A stretch of DNA of 64,000 bases from Candidatus Saccharimonadota bacterium (GCA_046350735.1 JAXLZU010000001.1:307950-371949); one strand, 5' to 3'. Positions 20,306 to 31,456 are shown, numbered from the stretch's first letter. Numbers and translations: made by a program. The notes: generated by a model from the letters alone, not told the origin.

Positions 20306-20875
20306 GTGCGTTTGGCAAAAACCGAAGAGGGAAAGATCGATCTAGCTATTAATCTGACTATCGGCATTTGGATTGTTCTATCAATAACAGCCGGTTTGAT
20401 TGTTATGATACATTTATGGCAAGAGCAATCGCAGAAAGAATCGGATTATTGGGCGCTTGGTTGGAAAACTGTGCAAGCAGATGTTACAGATCTAGGTAAC
20501 ATCAATGGCGACTTTAAACCTATTAGTCAGACAGCTAATCTGCAATATCGTTATAATAGTGAAGAACAAATCACTACTCAGCAGCAAATCGGCCTTGGTT
20601 ACCATGTAGGTGACAACGTGTCGCTATTTGCAAATAAAAACGGTGAAGTGGTGATAAAAAATGTACCAAATGGTTCTCGGATTCCATATGACCCGACAAT
20701 AAAAAGTTTTGGTGGTGACTATTTAGGTTGTATTGTTGCAGGTATATTTGCAAGTATTTTTGCTGCACTTGGTTTACTAGTAGGTGGTGTGATTCTTGTA
20801 TTGATTTTTGCGGGAATTGTAATGCTATATGAAGCAATATTTAAATCAAACAAAAAACCTCAAACTGCCTCCTGA
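20306..20875 (+). CDS. Membrane protein (DUF3592-like; accessory unit)
   Basis: TM - beta-rich loop - TM layout; TTGCAA-17-TAGAAT promoter; stop codon inside hairpin cctcctgaa-t-ttcaggagg followed by TTTTTTATT. Confidence 0.7.
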   Translation: MRLAKTEEGKIDLAINLTIGIWIVLSITAGLIVMIHLWQEQSQKESDYWALGWKTVQADVTDLGNINGDFKPISQTANLQYRYNSEEQITTQQQIGLGYHVGDNVSLFANKNGEVVIKNVPNGSRIPYDPTIKSFGGDYLGCIVAGIFASIFAALGLLVGGVILVLIFAGIVMLYEAIFKSNKKPQTAS

Positions 20876-20930
20876 ATTTCAGGAGGTTTTTTATTACCCG
20901 CTGAATCAGCATACCTGATATAATAACCAT

Positions 20931-21683
20931 ATGCGGTATTCGCACAAAATTCATCAGGCCAACCAGCAAAAATCTCCAGCTATTCAGCGTAGGCAACGTG
21001 TTACCAGCTTTGTATTAATAGGCGCCGTTATATTAAGCTTACTAGTCTTCGCTCAAACTAAGACATTAGACTGGTGGGAGTTTTATCGTTTCTTTTTATC
21101 AAGTCTAGTTAGTGTAATAATTGCCTATGCAATAGCTGCAGTCTTAGCACTTATTCTTGCCCTTGGGGCTACCAAAAACAGATGGCTAGAAAATATTTTA
21201 TTGCCTATTCTCGACGTTGCTCAGAGCTTCCCAACCTTCGCCTTAATACCTGTATTATTGGCGATATTTGGTACAAGTCGCTGGGTGGTTATCTTGTTCT
21301 TGGTAGTTACTATTATCTGGCCAATCGTATTTACACTTATCACTGCCCTAAAAGGCGAACGTGAAGATCTTGGCCAAGCAGCAACTATCTATGATGCCCA
21401 TGGCATAAAGAGATTATGGTATTTTCGCTTGCCTTCGGTGTTCCCGGCCTTTATCTCAGGTTCTATTATTGGCTGGGGAGAAGCCTGGGAGGCATTAATA
21501 GGTGCCGAAATTATTGCCAAAGTATTAGGTATTGGGTCTTATCTTGGCAAACTGGGTGAAAGTGGAAGTGTTTTGCAGTTGGTACTTGGTATTGCAATGT
21601 ATCTATTTCTTATTTTTATTCTCAATCAGATAATTTGGATTCCACTACTTAACTTTTCTTCTAGGTATCAAAATGAATCCTAA
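20931..21683 (+). CDS. ABC transporter permease (NitT/TauT family)
   Basis: Multiple TM helices; EAA-like loop; W..LIGAE motif. Confidence 0.85.
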   Translation: MRYSHKIHQANQQKSPAIQRRQRVTSFVLIGAVILSLLVFAQTKTLDWWEFYRFFLSSLVSVIIAYAIAAVLALILALGATKNRWLENILLPILDVAQSFPTFALIPVLLAIFGTSRWVVILFLVVTIIWPIVFTLITALKGEREDLGQAATIYDAHGIKRLWYFRLPSVFPAFISGSIIGWGEAWEALIGAEIIAKVLGIGSYLGKLGESGSVLQLVLGIAMYLFLIFILNQIIWIPLLNFSSRYQNES

Positions 21684-22401
21684 AAACAAAATTATTAAGA
21701 TAAGAAGGGTTAGTCTAAGCTACAAAGAAAATGGCGGGAAGTTTCCTGTACTAGATGATATAAGTTTTGATGTTGTACCTGGTGAATTTATTTGTATAGT
21801 TGGCTCGAGCGGTGGAGGTAAAAGTACACTACTGAGAATATTGGCAAGCTTGCAACAACAAACTGAAGGAAAAATCATTAACATGCCAGAGCAACTTGGC
21901 TTTGTGTTTCAGAATTTTGCACTTTTTCCGTGGCTAGACGTCGAAAGTAATGTGAGTTTTGGTCTGCGTATGCAGGGACTTAGTAAAAACCAAATTCATA
22001 AACGCGTAAGAGAAGAGATAGCTCGTATTGGTTTAGAGGGTTTCGAAAAAAGCCACCCCAAAGAACTTTCTGGGGGTATGAAACAGAGAGTAGGGATTGC
22101 CCGTGCCTTGGCTGTGCATCCAAAAGTATTGTTACTCGACGAGCCGTTTTCTGCACTCGATGAGATTACTGCCAAGGGCTTGCGTCACGACTTATTGCGC
22201 ATCCATCAACAAACCAAAGAAACGATTATTATGGTAACTCACTTAGTAGAAGAAGCAGTAGAGCTGGCCGATAGAATTATTGTTATGAGCCCGCGCCCTG
22301 GTAGAGTTCGTAAGATTATTGCTAACGATATGCCGCGACCACGCAATACACGCAGTAGAGAATTCTTTAGGCTAGTAGACGAGATAGAATCGCTACTATA
22401 A
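21673..22401 (+). CDS. ABC transporter ATP-binding protein (NitT/TauT family)
   Basis: GSSGGGKST, LSGGMKQRV, LLLDEPFSALD, SPRPG motifs. Confidence 0.92.
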   Translation: MNPKNKIIKIRRVSLSYKENGGKFPVLDDISFDVVPGEFICIVGSSGGGKSTLLRILASLQQQTEGKIINMPEQLGFVFQNFALFPWLDVESNVSFGLRMQGLSKNQIHKRVREEIARIGLEGFEKSHPKELSGGMKQRVGIARALAVHPKVLLLDEPFSALDEITAKGLRHDLLRIHQQTKETIIMVTHLVEEAVELADRIIVMSPRPGRVRKIIANDMPRPRNTRSREFFRLVDEIESLL

Positions 22402-22402
22402 T

Positions 22403-25273
22403 CTATGGATAAACTGTATCGCTACCTGCGTTGACACGAACGTTGCTACCGGCGCCACTAATACCATTCCATGCAGGGCCCGCCCAGCCACTCCAAGCAT
22501 ATGGGCTAGTAGAGTCTGGATAAGAACCGCCTCCACTAACTATCAGAGTTGCTGTACCACTAGAAAATCCAGATAAAGTACATGTTTTTGGAACAATACA
22601 ATTCAACGACAAGCTTCCGCCTCCACCAACATTTACGCTTACGCTATTACTTTGTGCACTATAATATCCACTATCGTAGACTTTGGCATAATAACTATGC
22701 GTACCACTACCCGGTGTGTCGGTAATAGTGCCACCACCTCCGGTAGAACTAATTAGGGTATTATCTCGAAAGACATCGACGTGCGATATAGGGAATCGCC
22801 CACCGGTAACTGTGGTAGTAACTGTTACAGTGCCGCCTGGGTTAGCAGTTGCTGCAATGGTTGCAGATGGCTGAGCATCGCCGCATTGGTGTACATCATC
22901 GTTCTGAGTAGGAATAGAACCACCCGCGCCATAACCCAAACTTGCTGCTAATGCCTGAACAGGAGGATTCCAGCGAGGATAGGCAATGTCGGTAGGTGGA
23001 ATCTCAGCAGTAATGAGCGCACCGGTAATATCACGTCTGGCATCTTGTGGCGTACAGGCAGTGGCGAGTTTGCCAGATACTACATCAATAGTAGCGGCCT
23101 GATTGCCCGATGCAGAAGGTAGCTGGTACCAAGAGGCAAAGATGTCGGTTCTGGTTTTCGAACCATTTACAGGGGCCTTGCCGGTATTGGCATCTAGAGT
23201 AACTTGCTTAATTCCACTTGGCTGCTTAAACTGCTCTACCGGTGCATCTTTGAGAGCATTTTTCATATAGGTATTCCATATTGGGGCCGATACAATACTA
23301 GCAGCTTGAGTCATTGGCTTATTATTGTTGTTGCCCGCCCAAACTACTGCTACTAGCTGTGGAGTATAACCAACTGTCCAGGCATCTTTATAATCTTCGG
23401 TGGTACCGGTCTTGGCAGCAACAGGCCTGCCAGACAAAGTAAGGGGGTTATTGCAGGTAAATACACCCAAGCTACAACGGGCACTATTGTCAGAGAGTAT
23501 ACTGCTAATTTCGTAGGCAATTTGTGGGTCAATTACTTGCTTGCCCTTGTTATTTTTATCGGTTGTTTCGTCTATTACTTTGCCATTTGCGTCGGTAATT
23601 TTTAACCAATAGACTTGGTCGTGCTTTATGCCCTGGTCTGCTAAGACAGAAAATGCATTTGCCATATCTATCATTTTTACTTCGCCAGAACCAAGAGCTA
23701 GCGAGAGACCATAGTCAGCAGTGGTTTTATCAAACGTTGTAATACCCATCTCTTTTGCGGTTTTAATAAATTCTTCCTGACCTCCAATATAAAGTGCTTT
23801 TACTGCCGGAATGTTAAGTGAGCTAGAGAGTGCAGTACGTACCGACTGAACGCCATAAAACCTATTGGTATAGTTTTTGGGCGAGTACCCACCACCAAAG
23901 TCAGTTTTTACATCATACATTGTGCTGCCCGGGCCCCAGTTCTTCTTAAAGAGATTCGAGTATACTAGTGGCTTAATTGAGCTACCTGGCTGGCGATTGG
24001 CCGATGCAAGATTGTAGCTACCAAATTCTGGTTGGTTATAATCATAACTACCTACCATAGCCAAAACCTCGCCGTTTTTAGGATCGGCAGAAACCAGGGC
24101 AGCATTACTACCACCAAACTTGCGTACATTATCTATACCAGATACCACAGCTTCTTCAGCTAACTTCTGTTTGTCGACGTCTAAAGTAGTTATTACTTTT
24201 AAACCACCCTGGTTGACAGTCTTAACGCCATATTTTTCTTCGAGTTGCTCGCGAACATACTGAACATAATGAGGGGCGGTAACATTAGCATACGGATTGT
24301 ATGGTTTTAGTTGGGCTAAAACATCTACTTCTTTTGCGGCATTTGCTTGTTCTTGGGTAATCTTCTTTTGTTCTGCCATAAGATCGAGAACACGATTCTT
24401 CTTAGTAATTAGCTCTGCCGTGTGCGTGCCGTATGGTGAGTAATAGGTGGGTGCTTGAGGCAGGCTAGCAAGCAGAGCACATTGGGATAGCGTGAGGTCT
24501 TTGGCATCCACACCAAAGAATTGCTTTGAAGCTGCCTGAACACCATAGGCGGTGCTGCCATAGGGAATTTCATTAAGATAAAGTTTTAAAATATCATCTT
24601 TTTTATACAGCTGTTCTATCTCTATTGCTAAAATCAGCTCTTTAATCTTGCGTGAATAACTTCTCTCATTGGTTAAAAGAGCGTTCTTTACATACTGTTG
24701 AGTAATAGTACTACCGCCACCTCGGCTTGAGTCTTTAAAGATAATACCGGTAAATGCCCTGGCAATACCTTTAGGACTAAATGCTCCCTGACTATAAAAA
24801 TCTTTGTCTTCTAGTGCCACAGTAGAATCTTTAATGCATTGTGGCATTTGGTTAAACTCTATAATACTGCGATTTTTATCACCATAAATTTCGACCAATA
24901 GATGTTGGCCGGTTCTATCGTACAGTTTGGTGGTCTGAGCACTGGTAATAGAGTTAATTTTATTTGGGCTAGGTAAGTCTTTAGCAAACCAAGCAAATAC
25001 TGCTGCTACTACCAAAAAGCCAGTTAGGGCTGCAATGGCATATAGCTTTAGAGCTTTTTTAGAAGTAAGAACCTGGTAAACGTGTTTGGGGTAGAGCTTG
25101 CGAATACCCTTCTCTCGAGGTACGGCCGGAGTAACAAGCCAAGTAAGAATGTTTTTCTTCTTGGTAGATGCGGCAGTAGTAGCAGCGGCTACTTTTTTTG
25201 CAGACGAAGAAGAACCGCGACGAATAACGCGGCGTTTGCTAATAACATTACGTTTGTTGGATTTTTTAGCCAT
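22403..25273 (-). CDS. Class A penicillin-binding protein (PBP1A family)
   Basis: Transglycosylase motifs EDKDFY and GGSTITQQYVKN; transpeptidase motifs SSIK, SLN, KTGT. Confidence 0.93.
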   Translation of the reverse strand: MAKKSNKRNVISKRRVIRRGSSSSAKKVAAATTAASTKKKNILTWLVTPAVPREKGIRKLYPKHVYQVLTSKKALKLYAIAALTGFLVVAAVFAWFAKDLPSPNKINSITSAQTTKLYDRTGQHLLVEIYGDKNRSIIEFNQMPQCIKDSTVALEDKDFYSQGAFSPKGIARAFTGIIFKDSSRGGGSTITQQYVKNALLTNERSYSRKIKELILAIEIEQLYKKDDILKLYLNEIPYGSTAYGVQAASKQFFGVDAKDLTLSQCALLASLPQAPTYYSPYGTHTAELITKKNRVLDLMAEQKKITQEQANAAKEVDVLAQLKPYNPYANVTAPHYVQYVREQLEEKYGVKTVNQGGLKVITTLDVDKQKLAEEAVVSGIDNVRKFGGSNAALVSADPKNGEVLAMVGSYDYNQPEFGSYNLASANRQPGSSIKPLVYSNLFKKNWGPGSTMYDVKTDFGGGYSPKNYTNRFYGVQSVRTALSSSLNIPAVKALYIGGQEEFIKTAKEMGITTFDKTTADYGLSLALGSGEVKMIDMANAFSVLADQGIKHDQVYWLKITDANGKVIDETTDKNNKGKQVIDPQIAYEISSILSDNSARCSLGVFTCNNPLTLSGRPVAAKTGTTEDYKDAWTVGYTPQLVAVVWAGNNNNKPMTQAASIVSAPIWNTYMKNALKDAPVEQFKQPSGIKQVTLDANTGKAPVNGSKTRTDIFASWYQLPSASGNQAATIDVVSGKLATACTPQDARRDITGALITAEIPPTDIAYPRWNPPVQALAASLGYGAGGSIPTQNDDVHQCGDAQPSATIAATANPGGTVTVTTTVTGGRFPISHVDVFRDNTLISSTGGGGTITDTPGSGTHSYYAKVYDSGYYSAQSNSVSVNVGGGGSLSLNCIVPKTCTLSGFSSGTATLIVSGGGSYPDSTSPYAWSGWAGPAWNGISGAGSNVRVNAGSDTVYP

Positions 25274-25340
25274 AAGGGTTTTAGTCTATTGAATTGATTA
25301 TACCAAAAAAAACGCTTTGTCTGCTATAATGTGACACAGA

Positions 25341-26561
25341 ATGACTGTAGATAAAGCCAAATTAGAAGAGTTACTTACCCGAGGCGTCGAAGACGTTATT
25401 GTTAGGGCTGACTTAGAGAAGAAGCTACAGAGTGGCAAAAAGTTACGTATTAAGCTTGGTATAGACCCAACTAACCCGCAAATTCATATTGGTAGAGCAG
25501 CTGCATTGTGGAAGTTGCGAGCTTTTCAAGACCTAGGTCATCAAATCACCTTGGTAATTGGTACATTTACCGGTGTTATTGGTGATGCTAGCGATAAAGA
25601 CAGCGAGCGCCCACTAGTAGAACGCAAGACAATAGAAGAAAACATGCAGACGTACGCCAAACAAATTGGCAAGATCTTAGATATGAATAAGGTAGAGCTT
25701 TACTACAATGGTGATTGGTTTGACAAAATGCCCCTGCAAAAATTTTTTGCGCTAACTCAACTCTTTACAATTCAGCAAATGACAGAGCGAGAAAATTTTG
25801 CCAAGCGTATAGAAGCAGGTAAGCCTGTTGGTATACACGAGACTCTCTACCCAATGTTGCAAGGCTATGACAGTGTAGAAATGAAGACCGATGTAGAGAT
25901 TGGTGGCACTGATCAACTCTTTAATATGCTTGCTGGCCGAGAAGTACAAAAAGCCTACAATATGCCAGAGCAAAATGTTATGACGCTTCATTTGCTAGAG
26001 GGTACTGATGGCAGAAAGATGAGTAGCAGCTGGGGAAATTGTATATATATTAATGACGACCCAATTGATATGTATGGCAAGGTAATGACAGTGCGCGACG
26101 AATTAATTCCGGTGTATTTTAAGCTCTGCACCGACGTTCCACTAGGCCAAGTTACCGCACTCGAGCAAGCAATGGCTGGTGCCTTAGTAGAAGACGGTAT
26201 GATGACAGTGTTTGGTGACCCCGCCAACCCACGTGATACTAAGGCGAGTTTGGCACATACTATTGTGGCTCGTTACTATGGCGATAAAGCCGCCCAAGAG
26301 GCAGAAGAAGCTTGGAATGCACAGTTTCAGAAAGGCGAAAAACCCAAAAATATCGCTACCAAAAAAACCAAAGCCGGCACAGTATTAGATGTTGTGTCTG
26401 ATGCTTTTGGTATTAGTAAATCAGAAGTTCGTCGGCTTGTAGCTCAAAAAGGTATTAAGATAGATGACAAGGTAGTAGAAGATGTTGAGCAAAAAATTAG
26501 CAAAGATTGTCTTATACAAGTAGGCAAGCGACGGTTTATTCAGCTTAAGCTGTCTAAGTAA
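25341..26561 (+). CDS. tyrS: Tyrosine--tRNA ligase
   Basis: KLGIDPT..IHIG, YPMLQGYD, GGTDQLFN, KMSSS; C-terminal S4 domain. Confidence 0.96.
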   Translation: MTVDKAKLEELLTRGVEDVIVRADLEKKLQSGKKLRIKLGIDPTNPQIHIGRAAALWKLRAFQDLGHQITLVIGTFTGVIGDASDKDSERPLVERKTIEENMQTYAKQIGKILDMNKVELYYNGDWFDKMPLQKFFALTQLFTIQQMTERENFAKRIEAGKPVGIHETLYPMLQGYDSVEMKTDVEIGGTDQLFNMLAGREVQKAYNMPEQNVMTLHLLEGTDGRKMSSSWGNCIYINDDPIDMYGKVMTVRDELIPVYFKLCTDVPLGQVTALEQAMAGALVEDGMMTVFGDPANPRDTKASLAHTIVARYYGDKAAQEAEEAWNAQFQKGEKPKNIATKKTKAGTVLDVVSDAFGISKSEVRRLVAQKGIKIDDKVVEDVEQKISKDCLIQVGKRRFIQLKLSK

Positions 26562-26596
26562 CGTATTTCGTCTTTTGTTCGTGCTAGAATGATGTA

Positions 26597-28630
26597 ATGG
26601 ATCTCAACTCTCCAGTAGCAAGTTTAAAGGGCGTGGGGCCGGTAGTAAAAAGGGGCCTCGAACGGTTAAAAATAAAAACCGTTGGTGATTTGCTATGGCA
26701 CACCCCAAGGCGCTGGGAAGACTACTGCCAAATAACCAAAATACGCAATATTAAGCCAGGCAAAGTAGCGATAGTTGCTAGTATTGAGGCTATTAATGTG
26801 CGCCGTAGTGCTCGTCAGAAACGACTTACTATTACCGAGGCGATACTTAGCGATGGTAGTGGCACAATTAAGGCAGTGTGGTTTAACCAACCATACCTTA
26901 CAACTGCTCTCAAAAAAGACCAAAACTATCTCTTTGCCGGTAACTTTGAGTTTAAGAATAATTACCTTAGTCTAAATACCCCAAGTTTTGAGCCCGCTAA
27001 CGAAGCCAACTTTAAAGGCGCAATTTATCCTATATACCCAGAAACAGCAACTATTTCTTCTAAAATATTACAAAAACTTATAAGCCAGTGTATTGATGCA
27101 ACGCTGCAGATGCAAGATGATTTGCCTAGTAAAGTACGAGCTGATGCTGGAGTAGTTGGTTTGGGTGAGGCTTTGCGATTACTGCACCAGCCTAAAGACT
27201 TAAGTGATGTCGAGCGAGGTAAAGACAGACTTGGTTTTGAGGAATTATTTTGGCTAATGCTGACAGGACTGGTATTAAAGGCCGACATTCAGACCGAAGA
27301 TGCTTACCAGATACCATTTAATCTTTCGGTTGTAGAATCTGTTTTAAACCAACTTAACTTCGAGCTAACCGATGCACAGCGCAAATCTGCTTGGACAATA
27401 TTTAAAGATATAGAACAGAGCAGGCCTATGAATCGTTTACTTGAAGGTGATGTAGGAAGCGGTAAAACGTTGGTAGCACTTCTGGCACTTGCTATGACAG
27501 TCAAAGCTGGTTACCAAGCGGCGTTAATGGTGCCCACCGAAATTCTCGCTCGGCAGCATATGGTAACTCTTACAAAACTTGTTAAGTCACTTGGTATTAA
27601 GACAAGCCTGTTAATCTCGGCTCTACCGGCGGCTGAGAAAAAACTTGTGCAGCAAAACATTAGCAAAGGTAAAACAGATATAGTTATTGGTACTCATGCG
27701 TTATTGAGTGAAGGTGTAGAGTTTAATAATGTAGCATTAGTTGTTATAGACGAGCAGCACCGTTTTGGGGTAAATCAGCGTCGCATGCTAAAAACAAAAG
27801 CCCAGGCCATGCCACACGTACTAACAATGACCGCCACACCTATTCCGCGGAGTTTGGCATTGGTAGTATATGGCGATTTAGATGTGTCTATTATTGATAG
27901 CTTGCCACCCGGGCGTAGCCCAGTAACTACAAAAGTTGCACGCGAGATAGACAGAAGTACTATCTACTTTATGGTAGATTCGCTTATTGGCCAGGGCCAA
28001 CAGGTATATATTGTTTGTCCAGCCATAGAAGAAAACGATCTTACAGGGCTAAAATCTGTAGAGGCAGAGTATAAGAAGCTACAAAAAAGTGTATTTTCGC
28101 ATCGGCGTATTGCAATGCTACATGGCAAAATGAAGCCAGCAGAAAAAGCCGAAATAATGGAAGACTTTCGGGCTAAGAAATACGATATTTTACTTGCTAC
28201 TACTGTAATAGAGGTGGGTGTCGATGTGCCTAATGCCACCGTCTTAATTGTAGAAAATGCCGAACGGTTTGGTTTGGCAGCACTGCATCAGTTGCGCGGT
28301 CGAGTAGGACGAAGTAATTTACAGAGCTACTGTTATCTCTTTTCTGAAAGCCAAAGTCCAATGGCCTACAAACGGCTTAGTGCAATGGAGAAAACTACTG
28401 ATGGTTTTAGATTGGCCCAGATAGATCTAGAATTGCGCGGGCCAGGTGAGATATATGGCACAGCCCAGGCGGGTATACTCGACTTACGTTTTGCCAATCT
28501 GTTTGATGCTACTAGGCTAGCGAAAGCTAAGGATATAGCTAATAATTTCTTAGAGTCGGGCAAAATGGTACAATATAAGCCTGTACTAGAGCGAGTCAAT
28601 CACCTCAAAAAATTAACCTCACTCGATTAA
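26597..28630 (+). CDS. recG: ATP-dependent DNA helicase RecG
   Basis: RLLEGDVGSGKT, DEQHRFGV, MTATPIPR, LHQLRGRVGR motifs. Confidence 0.97.
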   Translation: MDLNSPVASLKGVGPVVKRGLERLKIKTVGDLLWHTPRRWEDYCQITKIRNIKPGKVAIVASIEAINVRRSARQKRLTITEAILSDGSGTIKAVWFNQPYLTTALKKDQNYLFAGNFEFKNNYLSLNTPSFEPANEANFKGAIYPIYPETATISSKILQKLISQCIDATLQMQDDLPSKVRADAGVVGLGEALRLLHQPKDLSDVERGKDRLGFEELFWLMLTGLVLKADIQTEDAYQIPFNLSVVESVLNQLNFELTDAQRKSAWTIFKDIEQSRPMNRLLEGDVGSGKTLVALLALAMTVKAGYQAALMVPTEILARQHMVTLTKLVKSLGIKTSLLISALPAAEKKLVQQNISKGKTDIVIGTHALLSEGVEFNNVALVVIDEQHRFGVNQRRMLKTKAQAMPHVLTMTATPIPRSLALVVYGDLDVSIIDSLPPGRSPVTTKVAREIDRSTIYFMVDSLIGQGQQVYIVCPAIEENDLTGLKSVEAEYKKLQKSVFSHRRIAMLHGKMKPAEKAEIMEDFRAKKYDILLATTVIEVGVDVPNATVLIVENAERFGLAALHQLRGRVGRSNLQSYCYLFSESQSPMAYKRLSAMEKTTDGFRLAQIDLELRGPGEIYGTAQAGILDLRFANLFDATRLAKAKDIANNFLESGKMVQYKPVLERVNHLKKLTSLD

Positions 28631-28633
28631 ACT

Positions 28634-29422
28634 ATGAATTCAGGATTTGTTACATATTTTACTAAAGGTAAAGTTTTAAATAATATTGGTACTCACCAAA
28701 AATTCGATAAAGTTGCCTATCGACTTATTCGGCCACGCATTGATGTAAATAAATTCCCACAGCAACGGCAAATATTAAAATTTGAAGGTATGGGTGGCCC
28801 AGATGGTTTAAAGATGAAAAGCAAAAACTATCGGGCAGACCATCTTTGGGACCCAGTTAATAAGATTGGCCATTTACCTACCTGGGTAGAAATTCATTAT
28901 AAGAATGCAGTAGAAGCACTAAAAGTAGGTGATAGTGTAAAAGCGAGTTTCGAGCTAGGCTTTATGGCGCACTACCTTACCGACAGTCTTACCCCGGCGC
29001 ATCATACGAATCACAAGCTTATTACCGCACAGTACGAGGACGCCAATAAATTGCAAAAAAACTGGGTAGTTTGGGGTAGAAAGGGTTTAGTTAGTTCACA
29101 CGTTATGTTTGAAAGTGGCGTCTCAACTGCCATTGCTTTTAACCGTTTGCGAGTTAAATTTGATGAGGCATTATTTAATCGAATTTTAGAAGAGGGTATA
29201 AAAGTGGTGGTAGAAGATGAGTCACTACGTATTGCCAAACTCGATCTGTTTGATAGATATCTCAAAAAAGGCTGGACTGTTGATTTGGCAAAGACTGTGA
29301 AGACAGTGGTAGTAAAACGAATTCCTCAGTTATTGGCTGCAGCTTGGTTAGCTGCATATAGCGAGGCTGGGTACAAAGTAAAACCTCTGCAAGCTAAAAC
29401 GAGCAAATCAAAAATACACTAA
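28634..29422 (+). CDS. Hypothetical protein, zinc-dependent phospholipase C/P1 nuclease-like
   Basis: THQ..., GPD, AHYLTDSLTPAHH and H..FE metal-ligand pattern. Confidence 0.6.
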   Translation: MNSGFVTYFTKGKVLNNIGTHQKFDKVAYRLIRPRIDVNKFPQQRQILKFEGMGGPDGLKMKSKNYRADHLWDPVNKIGHLPTWVEIHYKNAVEALKVGDSVKASFELGFMAHYLTDSLTPAHHTNHKLITAQYEDANKLQKNWVVWGRKGLVSSHVMFESGVSTAIAFNRLRVKFDEALFNRILEEGIKVVVEDESLRIAKLDLFDRYLKKGWTVDLAKTVKTVVVKRIPQLLAAAWLAAYSEAGYKVKPLQAKTSKSKIH

Positions 29423-30852
29423 ACAGTAACTTCGGTATCATTTGTAGCTACTTGCGGTAATGGCTGTTCTACCTTTTGTACCTCAGTAGCTCGTTCTAAA
29501 AGATCTATTGGATAATCTCCAGAAAAACATGCAGTGCAGAGTTTATCTTCTGGCAAACCAATTGCTTCTATCATTCCGTTATAACTTAAAAACCCTAGAC
29601 TATCGGCTTTGACATGGTCTTTCATCTGGCTGATAGACATTTTTGATGCCAACAGTTGGGCTTGGTTTGGTGTGTCTATACCATAAAAATCTGGGTATTT
29701 AACAGGTGGTGAGCTAACTCTAATATGTACTTCACGAGCACCGGCATTCTTAAGCATTTTTACAATCTGCTGAGTGGTAGTGCCTCTTACAATAGAGTCG
29801 TCTATTAAGACCACGCTTTTGTCGGCGAGATGCTCGGGCAGAGGGTTAAGCTTCATCTGTACGGCTCGGCTACGCATCTCTTGAGTCGGCTCTATAAATG
29901 TACGGTGAATATATCGGTTCTTAATAAGTCCGTGGTCAAACTCTATACCTAGAGTGTTGGCATACCCAAGTGCTGCCGGAATAGCAGAGTCTGGCACCGG
30001 TATAACTACATCGGCTTTTACTGGCTCTTCGTGTGCTAGTTGTACACCGAGCTGACGTCGCACCTCATTAACTAATTTGCCTGCCAAAATACTGTCTGGA
30101 CGTGCAAAATAAATAAACTCAAAAACTTCTAGCTTAAGATCTGGCTCTTCTATTTGCCAACTCGTAACTCCCTTTGCATCTATGCGCACCAACTCGCCAG
30201 GCTTAATATCGCGCACCAATTTGGCGCCTATCATATCAAACGCACAGGTTTCTGAGGCTACCACATAGCCATCTTTAATTTTTCCAAGTGAGAGCGGCCG
30301 AATGCCGTGCTTGTCGCGAAATGCATACAGACCCTTATGATTAAGTAACACACAACTAAATGCACCAGTAAAGAGTGGCCACGCAGACTGAATAGCATCT
30401 GAGACTGATTGGCCTTGGTACATATAATAGCGAATAGCATCGGTCATCATCTCGCTATCGTTACTACCGCGCTTGAGCAATTTTTTATCTTTTAAAAACT
30501 CCTTGAGTGCGGTAGTGCTAGGTAGGTTGCCGTTATGTGCGAGCGAGATAACATCATCACCGCGATGTACTGGCTGCATATGACGATCGTGCTTGCCACC
30601 CGAGGTAGCATAGCGATTGTGCCCGATAGCCATGTGGCCTTCTAGCTTTTGCAAATCATCTTCTGTATAGACTTGTGCTACTAGGCCGGCCCCGTGGTGT
30701 GAGATAAACCCTTCACCATCGCCACTTACAATTCCCGAGCTTTCTTGGCCTCGATGTTGAAGTGCTGAGAGACCAAAATAGGTAAGTCGTGCAGCCGGTT
30801 GGGTTTTAGTATATACCGCCATTACTGCACACTTTTCTTTTAATTCAGACAA
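29419..30852 (-). CDS. purF: Amidophosphoribosyltransferase
   Basis: Short propeptide before catalytic Cys; LQHRGQES, GHNRYAT, VLIDDSIVRGTT, FYGID motifs. Confidence 0.95.
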   Translation of the reverse strand: MSELKEKCAVMAVYTKTQPAARLTYFGLSALQHRGQESSGIVSGDGEGFISHHGAGLVAQVYTEDDLQKLEGHMAIGHNRYATSGGKHDRHMQPVHRGDDVISLAHNGNLPSTTALKEFLKDKKLLKRGSNDSEMMTDAIRYYMYQGQSVSDAIQSAWPLFTGAFSCVLLNHKGLYAFRDKHGIRPLSLGKIKDGYVVASETCAFDMIGAKLVRDIKPGELVRIDAKGVTSWQIEEPDLKLEVFEFIYFARPDSILAGKLVNEVRRQLGVQLAHEEPVKADVVIPVPDSAIPAALGYANTLGIEFDHGLIKNRYIHRTFIEPTQEMRSRAVQMKLNPLPEHLADKSVVLIDDSIVRGTTTQQIVKMLKNAGAREVHIRVSSPPVKYPDFYGIDTPNQAQLLASKMSISQMKDHVKADSLGFLSYNGMIEAIGLPEDKLCTACFSGDYPIDLLERATEVQKVEQPLPQVATNDTEVTV

Positions 30853-30905
30853 AACTAACCCCTCCTATTTACTTTTATAATTAATTTCATTGTATCATAG
30901 TCCAT

Positions 30906-31445
30906 ATGCTAAAAATTACTTCTGGTACATATGGAGGGCGTAAGTTGGTACAACCAAAAACCGATAAAACTCGTCCGGTAATGGAACGCACTCGCCATGC
31001 GATATTTCAGGTGTTAGGAGATGTATTTGGGATGGTTGTATTGGACTTGTATGCTGGATCTGGTGCATTAGGCCTGGAGGCACTAAGTAATGGTGCGGTT
31101 AGTGCAACTTTTGTTGACTCCTCTCGATTGGCTCAAATGAGTATTGCAGAGAATGTTAATAACCTTGAGGTTCGTGATCAGTCAATTGTCAAACCGATAA
31201 AGGTAGAAAGTTTTTTTGAACAAAATACAGCTAAGTATGATTTAATTTTTCTAGATCCACCATATGCCGAATTTAAGCTTGAAATTCTCGAAGCCGCGAG
31301 CAGTTGTTTGAATGATACTGGCATAATTGTGGTGAGTTGTTCTATGCAAACCAAATTGCCTGAAGAAATCGGCTTAACTAATCTCGTAAAAATAAAAAGA
31401 TATGGTGATACCCAGATTGCTTACTTTAGATATACAAGTCTATAA
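30906..31445 (+). CDS. rsmD: 16S rRNA m2G966 methyltransferase (RsmD family)
   Basis: LDLYAGSGALGLEALS and FLDPPY motifs. Confidence 0.9.
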   Translation: MLKITSGTYGGRKLVQPKTDKTRPVMERTRHAIFQVLGDVFGMVVLDLYAGSGALGLEALSNGAVSATFVDSSRLAQMSIAENVNNLEVRDQSIVKPIKVESFFEQNTAKYDLIFLDPPYAEFKLEILEAASSCLNDTGIIVVSCSMQTKLPEEIGLTNLVKIKRYGDTQIAYFRYTSL

Positions 31446-31456
31446 TTACCCTAATA

